Below the pieces are notes generated by a model that made no database searches, was not told the DNA's origin, and was given only the letters and a program-made list of their open reading frames with translations. The position numbers and the translations under genes were made by a program. A stretch of DNA of 64,000 nucleotides, taken from Mobula hypostoma (lineage: Eukaryota). Below, one piece after another: positions 1 through 11,434 of the stretch; positions within the stretch are counted from its first letter, which is position 1; every line of letters starts with the position of its first letter. The stretch is from NCBI RefSeq assembly GCF_963921235.1, contig NC_086097.1:48300001-48364000 (forward strand), in the 5' to 3' direction.

Positions 1-2891
1 GTAATTGATTGATTGATAATGGATATGAAAAGCAATTATAAAGCAGCAAGAGGAGGGAAGAGGAAATAAATCTCCTAAACCTTTATCTTCATGCTTGACA
101 CTGATATTCAAATTGTTCAATAATTCTAAAATTGCTCACACATCTCTCTGACATTTATTTTAATTTGAAATATACTTGTGTTGTGGAAGTGACTGAACAT
201 ACCTGTGTCTTGTGTGGTTATTTAAAGTGTGATGTGAGTGGGTTGATTGGAGATCCGTTTCCTAAGGCAGACACTAGTACGATGGCCCAAATAACTTTCT
301 GTGCTGGACAGCTCAATTAATCTATTGTAGCTTATCATTACTCAGAAAATATTGCAAAATACACCATTTATAAGACCATATGAAAATGTGACGGCTGCTG
401 TCATGTACAACAATATGAGTGAGGGTGTAAATGCTACAAGAGCAATTGGTAATTTTTGAATGGAAGCAACAAAGGCTGTTCCAATAACTGAGGCCCATGG
501 AAAGCCCAGATAGACCAAGGGATATTATCAAAGAGAGTAATCTACAGAATAATCTGTTGGAGGTTCTGACCTCAGTGTCTCAAAGCAATTAGAAACTAAT
601 TTTTTTTCATTTCACTATAATGGATTTGACCTCCAGCACTTAGCTCAAAAGAATTTTGCAGAGTTTGTGGGAGGGCAATTATAACTGATCAGCAGAAGTA
701 CCCAGCTTAGACAGTTCTCTCTTTCCACTCAGGTCTATCAGTCATCACAAGACAGACAGAATTTTCTGGCAAATGGTGGAGTCTGGGAGGTAGAGCAAAA
801 ATTTGATGCAATATTTGGTAATGAAGTTGATTAGCTTATAAGATAGACTACATGTCCTTCTCATGATCTTTATAACTAAAGATTAATTTCAAAATCTGCT
901 CCATGTAAGGACTGAATACTTTTAGGCAAAACTTGGATCCTTCTATTTACTGATCATTCAATAATCATAATTAATATGCAGCATAACCATGGTAGGTGAA
1001 TCATGAATATGCAAAGAATATCCCCTAATATCCGACTTGTAATTTCTTCTTTCATTTATAGTAGTGGTATGGGTATTGCTTGCAAAGCCGTCCTTTAATT
1101 CCCAACTTTAATCATATGCTTTGTTTGAAGCGTAGATTGGCTTTGCACATCTAATTCTTGGCCCTTGAATTGCAAATGCCCTTCAATTTCTGAAGTGAAC
1201 TTTTATCTTGATATTTCTGATGTTTTCACTAAACACTGCTCAGAGGGTTATGAACCCCTAAGCAATTTAACAGAAATTACCTATGATAGTAATTAAAGAA
1301 GGGCTGCAATGAATGGATTGAATTTGTAGGAGGATTTACCACTCTCCATTCAAACTCTCGTGAAAGATCATGAGGTATCCCAGAGAAGCAGAATTTTGGG
1401 GCTCTTCCACTGAAATTGTGGTGGGCAGGAGAAGAAAGCCTTAATTGCAGTTCACTCCCTGAAAACATGTATTTTAAATCAATTTTGCATGTTCAAATTA
1501 ATTCTCATGAATATTTGAAATATGGTGAAATATATTGAGGGAGAAAGCTACAAGAAATCATTCAACTGAACTCACAGCATGCTTTTCTTCTGAACTCGAG
1601 GATGATCAGAATAGCAAAGCAAGAAATAAAGGTTCTGAATGGATGTTTGATGTATTGTTGCAGGCAGGATCAAAATGCTGTTGGTATATGGGCTAATTTT
1701 AGTACGTAAAATGAATATATTTATGGGCTTTTGTACGTATGAACTAATTGCATGTCAAATACCTCAATATTTTAATGATTTCTGTATTTGCATGTTTCCT
1801 GATGTTTCCAATGTTCACTGAAATGGTAAATGTCATTATTGTCATGTAATTTCCTAAATGTGCTGCCAGTCTTTCTAAACATGACAGTGCCCACACATCA
1901 TCTCGAATGAATTTATCTCTTATGTCTGCTGCTAATTTTTGTCAACGATTATGTAGCTTGAAGTAATAGCTGTTTTTAGCCCCCGGATAAGGCTTTTGGA
2001 AAGCCTGTTTCATTGCACAGTGTTACTTGTGAATGAGTGAAACTGACAGGCAGTTAAAGACCTGTTCATCCATAAGACACCCTTCATGATGACTGGAGGT
2101 CACTACGATGTGCATGATGGACAAAGTACCTGCTGTAAATGTCTATGAATTTATGAGTGCCCCCACAGACTTAATTTCCTGAAAGGGGCTAAAAAAGTGT
2201 CCAAATCCAAGAGAGAAGAAGGGAGCAAGAAAATTCCTCTTCCAAGCCCTCAGGCAAACCTAACTGGTACAGAAAATCACATGAGCCATGCCTTATTGAT
2301 TGAGTGTATTTGGAACAGTTTCAATCAGGCATGCAATGACTGAAAACTAATGCACCAGATAGTAACCCTGCATCACTCCTTACCAAGACTTTGGCATCAA
2401 ATGCCATTCTATTCAACATCTTGGAAGAAATTTGCACTTGACAGCATATATTTTCTGTTGTCCCATAGAAAATTTGTTATCAATCTTACCTATGTGGTAG
2501 AGATAAATCTCTCATATTTATTCTGTCTTCAATGGTATAGAGCCTATACCAGCTCTCAGAACAATGACATCAAACCCACTTGTGTCCCTGTTTCTCTCAT
2601 ATGCCGACCAACTCTGCCCTTTTTCTCCATCTTCTTTTTTTAAATATATTTTTTATTGAAGTTCATCATCAGACAGTCATTTCCATAAGATATATTTCAG
2701 ATATTGTACATATATATCATATATTCATATATGCCACAAATCTCCACATAATATTTATCTGAGGTATACACTTATAGAAAAGAGAGGAAAGAAGGAACAA
2801 GCAAAAGGAGAAAACTATATACAAGTAGGGAGTGATTTTTTTTTACAACATAATCATTGATTTGTGGGAATAAAATCGGGCCTATGAGGTG

Positions 2892-5800
2892 TTACGCAGT
2901 TATACCATTTTCCCAGTATGAATCAAATTGTTCCAACTTATGACTAACAGATGCTGTTATCTTCTCCATTTTGTAAACATCCATTGTAATTTCTATCCAT
3001 ACATTTAAAGTTGGGCTGTCCTGTGATAACCATTTTCTGGTAAGGGTCTTTTTACCGGCCACCAGCGGTATATTCATTAAATATTTATCTCTTTTCAACC
3101 ATTCTTGAGGTATATACCCAAAATATATGGTCTTACTCTCTAAGGGTATTTCACATTTAAAGATGTCTTGTAGGGCATTGTGTATCCCATTCCAATAGTC
3201 TTTGATAACGGGGCATTCCCAGAAAATATGATAATGGTTTGCATTTTGATTTCCACAATTTCTCCAGCAAATGGGGAGGTTACTATCATAATGGGATTTC
3301 TGAGAGGGTGTAATAAAATATCTTATCAAGTTTTTCCATTCGAACTCCCTCCATTTCTGTGAACTGGTACACTTCCATTGCTACCTCCATATTATTGCCC
3401 ATTCTTCCTCAGATATAATTATCCCTCCCTCCTTCTCCCATTTTGTTTTAGTCGAATGTCTTTTAGGATTTGACAAACCCTTATACACGCTTGAAATGAT
3501 TCTACTACCGTTATCTGAATTATATGCTTTTCTAAATAGCTCTATAAAACATGTACTTGTCTTGGTTACATTTTTAACCGTCCTATTAACATACTGTCGC
3601 ATCTGTAAATACTGATAAAAGTCTTGTTTTTCTAATAAGTGTTTCTCTTTAAGCATTTCAAAATTGAACAGTGTTCCTTCTTTCATTATATTGTAAAGAA
3701 CTGTTATTCCTTTAGCTGTCCAGTCCTTAAATCTAGCATCCAGTTTATTCGGTGTAAAATCTGAGTCATATGCACACCATTTAAGAATTGCAATATCTAC
3801 CTCTAGTTTATCTTCTTTTAGAATAGTTTTCCAAATTTTCAGAGTCCATTTCACCCATGGGTTATCAATAGTATTTATGTACCTTTGTAGGTTGCTATCA
3901 GCCAAAATTGCCTGTAGGGGGATGGGAAGTATCTTCTCCTCAATCTTTTTTCATTGAGCATCATATGATGGGTTGCACCAGCATATCACAGCTCTCAACT
4001 GTGCTGCAAAATAATAATCTCTAAGAGAAGGTGGGCCCCATCCCCCCTTTTCCTTGGCTAATTGCAAAGTTTTGAGACAAACTCTAGGCCTTTTACCTTG
4101 CCATATATATCTTGATAACATTTTGTTCCATTCATTGAATTGATTTTGATTAATCTCTACTGGTAGGGTCTGAAAGAGTTTAAGAGACTACTAGACAGGT
4201 ATATGGAGGAATTTAAGGTGGGGGCTTATATGGGAGGCAGGGTTTGAGGGTTGGCACAACATTGTGGGCTGAAGGGCCTGTACTGTGCTGTACTATTCTA
4301 TGTTCTGTGTTCTATGTTCTATGTTCTATGTTATGCTCTGTCCCTTTAATAGTAATTCCCCTGATATCTTCACTTTGTCTGATGTATTGAGCTAATGGTT
4401 CCAGATATAATGTGAAGAGTAGCAGTGACCATGCACAACCCTGTCTCCTGCCCCTTTCTAGTGTAAAACTATTTGATTGATTTTAATCCTAGCAGTAGGG
4501 TTGTCACATAGTGCCTGTATAGTTTTAATAATTGTGTCATGGAAACCAAATCTATGTAAAACTCTGTAAAGAAAATTCCGATTAACCGAATCAAATGTCT
4601 TTTCAGCATCCACGCTTATCACTGTTGCTTCGATTTCATCTTTTTGTACATGATCCATTATGTGAAGTGTCCTTCATATATTGTTTGGCGTAGTTGTAGA
4701 ACCTTCATATAGTGTTTGGCGTTGTTGTAGAAAACCTGTCTGATCACTATGTATCAGTGTGGGTAGAAACTCTTCTAATCGTTTGGCCGTGATGGAGGTA
4801 AATAATCTATAATCTACATTAAGAATGGATATTGGTCGAAATGACACACATTCCATTTTATCCTTGCCTTCTTTTGGTATAGCTGAGATTATCGCCTCCT
4901 TCCAGCTGGGAGGCATTTGTGCTTTTTTTTTGGAGCCCTGTTCAGTGTGGGGACCAAGACAGGAATTAACTCGTTTTTAAATTCTTTGTATCACTCTGCC
5001 ATATACCCATCTGATCCTGGTGACTTGCTTAATTTAAGCCTACTAATTGCAGCTTTAAGTTCAACTTCAGTTATGTCAGCAGTCATCGTTCTATTTTGTT
5101 TTTCGCTTAAAGTGGGTAACTCTAGAGAATTCAGGAAGCTGTCAATTTGGGTTATGCTTCTCCCTAGAACTTGGGAATGTAGAGTTTTGTAAAATACTTC
5201 AAAAGCTTCTTGAATTTCAGTTAGCTTATTTTTTTTAAATCATTTTTATTCTTGGATCTCTAATTCTATGAATTGTATTTTCTGCTATTTTTTCAGTTTC
5301 CACGCCAGTATTTTCATAGACTTAGATCCACTTTCATAATGTCTCTGTTTCAGAAACATTAATTTTTTCCTGATTTCTTGTGTAGCCAAACTATTAATTT
5401 CATTCCTAATTTTTAAAATTTCCTCTAATGTATCCTGTGCCAAATTCAGTTTGTCTGTTTTTCTAGTTCCTTCAGCCTATTTTGTAATTCCTCTAATGTT
5501 TTATTCCTTATTTTTTTCTTATATGAAGGATATGAAGATACTGCTATAATTTTCCCTCTTAAGACAGCCTTCAGAGTATCCCATAGAACGGAAGGTGAAA
5601 CCTCTCCATTATCATTGAATTCTAAGTAAAGACCAATTTCTTTTTTAATTTGCTCCTTAAAGTAGGGATCATTGAGTAGACTTGAATTTAGTTTCCAAAT
5701 AGTATTCTTTGGTTGTAGGTCAAAATCAACAGATAAATATATAGGTGCATGGTCACTTACATCTGTTGTCCCAATTCCACAGGTGCTTATTTTGTCTTTG

Positions 5801-6449
5801 TCTTTTCCAAACGTTATGAAATTGTCTATTCTTGTATATACAGAACGGGGCGCAGAATAATGAGTGTAATCCCTTCCATCGGGGGAAAGGTCCCTCCGTA
5901 TATCAATTGACCAACAACCTCAAAAAGTGTATTAACTTACTTATGTAAGGACTTTGCTTCATAGGTTTTTCTATTGGAAGAGTCTAACTTTGGTTGTAAT
6001 TGTAAATTTAAGTCTCCCCCACATATCAGGAGACCTTCTGTTTCCGTTACCATAATATTAGTAATTTTCTGAAACTATTATCACTTCCTGGGAGTGCATA
6101 TATATTCAGTAGAATAACTGAATTTCCGTCTATATTCTCCCTTACCAGAATACGTCTGTCATCCTTATCTCCCATTTCGAATACTTTTTTCAAAGTTTAG
6201 CTTGCTTGAGATAAGAATAGCAACTCCTCTCCTATGTCCTGATTTATATGAGGAGAAAAACAAATTGGTGAAACCCATTCTCCTTAGTTTTCCATGCTCA
6301 TTATCACTTAAGTGAGTTTCCTGTAAATATACGACATGGGCTTGTTCTTTTTTCATTTTGGATAGAATTTTACTGCATTTGATTGGATTTAACAGCCCAT
6401 TGACATTAAAAGAAATGAATTTTTCTTTGTCCTTAGCCATGTGTATCAT
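2892..6449 (-). pseudogene. L1 ORF2 (endonuclease/reverse transcriptase/C-terminal zinc knuckle), frameshifted, with the central RT part deleted
   Basis: ORF-track pieces 6165-6449 (APE N-terminus), 4674-4916 and 4458-4658 (RT), 3381-3905 and 2892-3329 (C-terminal CCHC) are collinear in several frames. Confidence 0.92.
4178..4332 (+). mobile_element. 5'-truncated CR1-type 3' end inserted in L1 ORF2
   Basis: Reads TTTAAGAGACTACTAGACAGGTATATGG...GGGCTGAAGGGCCTGTACTGTGCTGTA followed by a (TTCTATG)n tail. This is the same architecture as the CR1 tail at 21540-21605. Confidence 0.85.
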
Positions 6450-7716
6450 TGAAATTAGCCAAATAAAATTTAATCGATCTACTCCCGGAACAAATAAGAA
6501 TCAAGAAATGCGAATAATAAAAAAAAGGCAACAAAGGTGTGATTCCAAGGCTGAGGTCTCTAGTAGATGACCCTGGTTTGAGCTAGAGGAAGCGTCTAGC
6601 CGTGGGAGATAGCCCCTCCTCCCTGTGAGTTGAGGGCCCCCATTGCAGTACCCATAGAAGTAAGTGAACAAATCTATGTCCATTACACAGAAAAGATTCC
6701 CCTGTGTATTCCTCCCATATATATATATTCTCATTTAGGTGGGGAAAAAGGAGTGAATGAATGAATAAAAAAATTGAGTAATATAAAATCCACATTATAA
6801 TAAGTATTTCTTGAGATAGGTATAGCACCGTCTATTTTTGCTTCTGTTTAGCTTATCAACACTTTTAAAGTTAGCCAAACCGCATGGCTCTTCTGGAGGG
6901 GGTGAGGGCTGTCTTCAGAAAACTCACAGTCTCTCCCTGATATTTTTCTCTCGCCCTCCTCCCATCCCCTGCCTTCTCGGTTCTCTTACCATTTCCCAAG
7001 CAGATCGTGATAACTGCTCAGCCAAGCTTTCCCTTGGTTTGACCACGCTAGCGGGCAGCCCTCTGTTCTTCATGTCTGTAGTCGCCTCTTCCACTGTCTG
7101 ATACAGTTGCATCCCATCTTCATAAAACACTCACAGTTTAGCAGGGTACGGAGTTTGGAATCTAATCTTTCCTTGCTTTAATATTCGCTTTACTTCAGAG
7201 TATTCCTTCCATTTCTGCAGGTCTGCCGGGGGGTAATCTTGATCGAACTATATTAATTTCCTGTTCAAAAACACCCTCTTCTTACCCCAGGCCCTTCGTA
7301 GAGTTTCCGCCTTGGTATTGTATCGAAGGAATCTAATTACTATTGAGCGTGGCTTATCTTCTCTGTCTCCAGTAGGCCTTGGGACGAGCGCATGATGCGC
7401 TCCCTCAATTTCAGGCTCCATAGTCGAGGGAATCTCCAGCACGTCCCGCAGTAACTTTCCTACAAACTCCATCATAGACAAACCCTCTGCTTCTTCGGGA
7501 ACATTGTATATCCTGATATTTTTCTGTCGTGATCTTCCCTCCTGGTCAAGCTGTTTACTTTCTTGTTGACTCAATATTTTTATCGTCTTACTTAGTATCC
7601 GTTCCACATTTTGCACGCGATCTTCCACCTTCTCAATTCGTGTCTCTGCCAATGCTATTTTTTGATTGACGTTGGCGAGCTCTGACTATATATCATTTAG
7701 TTGCTGTTTTATATTT

Positions 7717-8654
7717 TGTAGCCTGGGGAAAAGTACATACGCAGGACAACAAATACTTTTTCGGGTTTTAATTCCTTTATCTGTTTTAGATGTTTTAGTG
7801 CTGGAAGAGGGTCTCAAAACAAAACGAATGAATTTACAACTAGTTCCCGCCATTAAAATCTCAGTTTAACTTCCGATCCACACCCTTGTGTATCGACGAA
7901 TTGCGTATGCAGTATAAAAATACATAAAGCAAACCAGACAGAACTAATACAAAACTAATACAGAAATAATACAAAACTAATACAGAACTAATACGGTAGT
8001 GGCAATTCTGAAGGAACACCATACAAACAACATTAGAATCCTACCAACCCTGTACCTTATACATAGCAGTGAAAATGTAAGAGAATACATCTCATCTAAA
8101 ACGTCTACTCTCTTTTTAGTACACATGTGCTAAACTTCCAGAGACTAAACATTCACGTTATGCTGTTACATTCACAATCAGTCATGATATAATAAAGTTA
8201 GACAAAAGGTACACTCTGGCACAACTTTTACAAGATATTGCCTGGTAGTTAAGTTACAGGAAGTTACCTACTTGACCGGTAAGGAATTGTGCACAGGCCA
8301 CGCTGTCCAGCGCTAATGCCTTCACTCCTTAAAATCTAAAGCATCCACATGTAAAACATGTCAAATTACTGATACTCTCGATTCGCCAACAAGCATAAAC
8401 GAATTCACATGGATATCGTCAATTAATACTCACCTTTCCTCACCATGCCCAGTATCTCTGGGAGGAACTTAACCCCAAAGCCCCACCAGCTTCTTCCGCC
8501 AAAAACAAAAATGGTCTCCCCACTATCCCGCACGTGAGTAATGACATCACCATCTCCACTTAAAGGCACAGATAACTATTCTAGCATTACTCGGATGGAT
8601 GCCTAAGTACACTTTTAACGATAATGAATAAGATTCGATGGTTACCCGGTTACA
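7717..8654 (-). mobile_element. Solo LTR (938 bp) inserted in L1 ORF1
   Basis: Has TG...CA termini with an imperfect inverted repeat (TGTAGCCTGG / CCGGTTACA). The L1 ORF1 peptide KDI|KQQ resumes on both sides, and the flanking TATAT/ATAT duplication is imperfect. ATTAAA followed by GT-rich sequence near the minus-strand 3' end suggests the orientation. Confidence 0.75.
7941..7995. repeat. ~11-bp tandem repeat (ACTAATACARA)n inside the solo LTR
   Basis: gaactaatac aaaactaata cagaaataat acaaaactaa tacagaacta atac. Confidence 0.85.
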
Positions 8655-8967
8655 TATATCTTTTTGGAATCCCCGTATCTCTTCCAGAATTTTTATCATA
8701 TTTGCCGCTTCGCCTGAATGAGGCCCATCGTCAGCCTCACTACCACGCGTTCGGGTAGGAGAGCAGCTTGTTGCACCCCTCTCGTTCATAGGCTCCACAG
8801 TGATGCTTCTTCTTTCCCCATTCTTGCCCCCCTTATCGATTAGATATTTTCGAAAGATCTTATATTTGATGGATTAACGGGGTAAAATACGCATTTTTCC
8901 AGAGGAGCTATTGATTTAAGCTGCCATTCTGGATGATGACGTCACCGGAAACCTTTCTCCATCTTCT

Positions 8968-9190
8968 GAATTACTCTTCTTCTTCACCACTACTTTCTGG
9001 CCTTCTACCCCATCTTGACATTTTCATTTCCAATTACTGATGCAACATTAGCCACGTTGAGTTCTCTACTCCCATCACCCATTCCAACCCTCAGAAGATT
9101 TTGAACGTTGCATCTCGACTCAAGCCTCCAACCATCCGTTTGCCTTCACAGTTGCTGCCCGACCAACTGAGTTCCTCCAAATGTTCCGAA
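8968..9190 (+). mobile_element. Degenerate Penelope 3' terminal remnant (probable L1 insertion target)
   Basis: A pyrimidine-rich tract leads into GTTGCTGCCCGACCAACTGAGTTCCTCCAA, which matches the GATGCTGCCTGGCCTGCTGAGTTCCTCCAG module of other Penelope ends in this window. Confidence 0.55.
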
Positions 9191-9224
9191 TTCCACCCTT
9201 ATTCTCCTGCCGTTCGGCTACACC

Positions 9225-9360
9225 AGGCAAAATTTACTGTAGCTATTAGCCTACAAATTTTGGAAGGAAACCAGAGCATTCAGGAAATTCACCTGGTCGT
9301 GCAAATTCTGTGCAGCACTGGAGATCAGGAGTGAACTGGAGCGATGGGCAGTAACTCTAC
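9225..9360 (-). mobile_element. Degenerate V-SINE (HE1-like) fragment
   Basis: TTGGAAGGAAACCAGAGCATTCAGGAAATTCAC resembles the V-domain seen at 32975-33050. Confidence 0.45.
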
Positions 9361-9389
9361 CTCAAGACTTGCCTTGATATGTCATCTGA

Positions 9390-9795
9390 CACATTGTCCC
9401 AAGTTGCTCTAGAACTAGGAACATACTTTTCAAGCATAGGCAGTGTTATAATGTAGCCAATTTCAACAGCAAGATCCCATGATGAGCAGCATGATTTTTT
9501 GTTTATTTATTCATTTACGGGATGAGGGCATCACCAGCTGAATCAGCATTTATTACCCATCCTCAGCTGCCCTTGTGACCTTATAATCTCATTTTGGTGC
9601 TTGCTTGAGAGCTAGATGCTAGCCATCTCTCCTTTAAATAGTGGTATGGGTCTTTTGCGTACACCCCCACAGACAGGCATATCCTTGGTTTATTGTCTCA
9701 TTCAAAAAGAGGGACTCTGACTATGTAGTACTTTCTGCAAACCCACTAACTCCAGACACAACTGAGAGAATGCTGTCCCTGAGAACAGGCTGAAT
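9390..9795 (-). mobile_element. Ancient Deu-domain SINE (SacSINE1-like) remnant, with another short repeat inserted at about 9500-9580
   Basis: GGTTTATTGTCTCATTCAAAAAGAGGGACTCTGACTATGTAGTACT resembles the Deu-domain core. The 3' part resembles 19555-19745. Confidence 0.45.
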
Positions 9796-10448
9796 CCTAC
9801 TTGATTAGATTTCTAGTAATCCTGTCCAATATGTCAATAGAGTTGAAGAAATTTCAAATTGCTGGTTATGGCTCAATAATAAGAAAAGCAATTGGTGTCA
9901 AGCCTTTTTTTTATGTCAAGTTAAAATATTAGTTTTGTTTTCCAGAATACTCTGTCACCTACTAGTTGTATCACATAAACAGAGTGTCACTTTGTGTGTC
10001 AAATTCTAGAAAAACCATGTGTTTCAAATTGTTCCTAAAAACAAGATATTGTAGCCTGTGGGAGAAGAGCAAGACAGTGGATTTATTTGTGAAACCCTTT
10101 GAAAGAGCTGCTGCAGTCACAATGGGCAGAATTAACTCTTTATGTGATAAAGTGTTTTTTGTATCAGAATTCTTGATGCAGTACATAAGATGGACTTTCA
10201 GTTGTATTCAGATATTGACAATATTGTATGAATTGTACAGTGGTAGATTTAAATCTGACTCATAAAATTTGACTTTGGCGCAGAGTGAACACTGGTCAAG
10301 GTGAAGATGCTGTTCTAATACTGTAGTGTGGATTGCAGCAAACTTTCCTGCAAATTTTGTTGGGAGATTGTTCCCACTGTGTAGTAGGTTGAGGGCTGAT
10401 CTTGCAGCAGTGCATTCAGTAAACAAAGGGCTAATCTTTCTCTCTTAG

Positions 10449-10642
10449 GTACCCAGCGGCGTCGGCTGATTCCAGCCCCTCTGCCCGATACCTCTTCTCT
10501 GGGACGGAAGCCAACGGGCACCACTGGGCAGTGGGTGGACCTGCCACCTCTGCCGGGCACCCTGAAGGAATCATTTGAAATTAAGGTTTATGAAATCGAT
10601 GATGTGGAGCTGTTACAGAGATGTAGGCAAGAAGAGACTGAG
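10449..10642 (+). CDS. KIF26A: KIF26A coding exon (internal, phase 1 to 0)
   Basis: Acceptor TTTCTCTCTTAG and donor GAG|GTCAGT. It translates to (G)[64 protein letters not shown], which I recognise as the KIF26A C-terminal region ([33 protein letters not shown]). It is missed by the ORF track. Confidence 0.93.
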
Positions 10643-11117
10643 GTCAGTACATTTACTGTGAGTTGAGACAATCTAAATTTCGACAGCAGTGTAGAATGGC
10701 TGCTTAAATGGAGATGAAGTACAACTACATACAGGAGATTGACTGCAATTAAATTGCTATAATTATTAATTTTATTATGCATATGTTGGAGCGCCCTTAC
10801 CAAGAGGAGATAAAAATCATTACTATTCTCTATTAATCATGCTTAGTCAGGAAAGATTGTATAAATGAAAGAAATCCATGAATATGTTATCAATGAGTCT
10901 TGGCGGTCTTTCCTGGTTTATCACACTTTATAGCCACTCAGTCCCAGCATCATTAACTCCTTTGCAGATGAGAATAGGTGTGCTATTTGAAGTTAAAATG
11001 CAGCAGCAGTACTATAATTAGATTTGTTCCCAAATTTTTGTATTGTACACAAATGCCATATACCTTCTGAAGTATATGTCAGGCTAACTTTATTCTCTCT
11101 TGCCTTTAATGCCACAG

Positions 11118-11141
11118 GAATCTTTTCAAGATGTTGATGAG
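11118..11141 (+). CDS. KIF26A: KIF26A 24-nt microexon (ESFQDVDE), phase 0-0
   Basis: Branch point GCTAAC at about 11083, a pyrimidine tract, acceptor CCACAG and donor GAG|GTGAGA. It is in frame with the flanking exons. Confidence 0.8.
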
Positions 11142-11283
11142 GTGAGATCCTCAGATGATTTCCTTCTCCTGATACATTTTTATTTGACTTCTGAGTTCAC
11201 AAAAATACAGAGTGAAAATTTCAACTGATTTGCACTTGCTCCACTTGGGCTTTGACACGAGGCATTTGTTTATATCCTCTCAG

Positions 11284-11434
11284 GGTCTGATGTACTTCAA
11301 TTTGAAGCTGAAGGTATTGGAGAAGCGACAGCAACGGATTCGGGAGTTAAAGGCGAAGCATGAGTTGTTGACAAAGGAGCTGGAGCAAGCCAAGGACAGG
11401 CTGATGATGGATCCGAATAAATGGAATTCAGAGT
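11284..11434 (+). CDS. KIF26A: KIF26A penultimate coding exon (coiled coil)
   Basis: Acceptor CTCTCAG and donor [57 protein letters not shown] matches the KIF26-family C-terminal coiled coil. The exon is 151 nt and ends in phase 1. Confidence 0.95.

Larger units (their letters stand above)
6924..8830 (-). pseudogene. L1 ORF1 (coiled-coil/RRM/CTD), interrupted by a solo LTR
   Basis: Pieces 8547-8798 (..IRGFQKDI), 7248-7652 (EGRSRQKNIRIYNVPE, PRSIVIRFLRY) and 6924-7130 are collinear. The RSR..NIRI..PE motif is typical of L1 ORF1p. Confidence 0.88.
2636..8953 (-). mobile_element. Full-length, decayed L1-clade LINE (5'UTR, ORF1, ORF2, polyA tail) in a KIF26A intron, antisense to the gene
   Basis: The T-rich tail at 2636-2657 includes TTTATT (AATAAA on the minus strand). 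TSD TTTCTCCATCTTCT lies at 2622-2635 and 8954-8967. The minus-strand 5' end reads GGTTTCCGGTGACGTCATCATCCAGAATGGCAGC. ORF fragments carry APE (SFNVNGL, YLQETHL), RT ([23 protein letters not shown]) and CCHC (CWRNC..H..W.CP) motifs. Confidence 0.95.

Noticed and set aside
1..10. Window starts with GTAATT, possibly the donor of the preceding large KIF26A exon
   Set aside because: No upstream sequence is available to test it, and it may be coincidence.
7941..7995. Repeat array as CRISPR-like
   Set aside because: It is a head-to-tail minisatellite with no spacers, in a eukaryotic LTR context.
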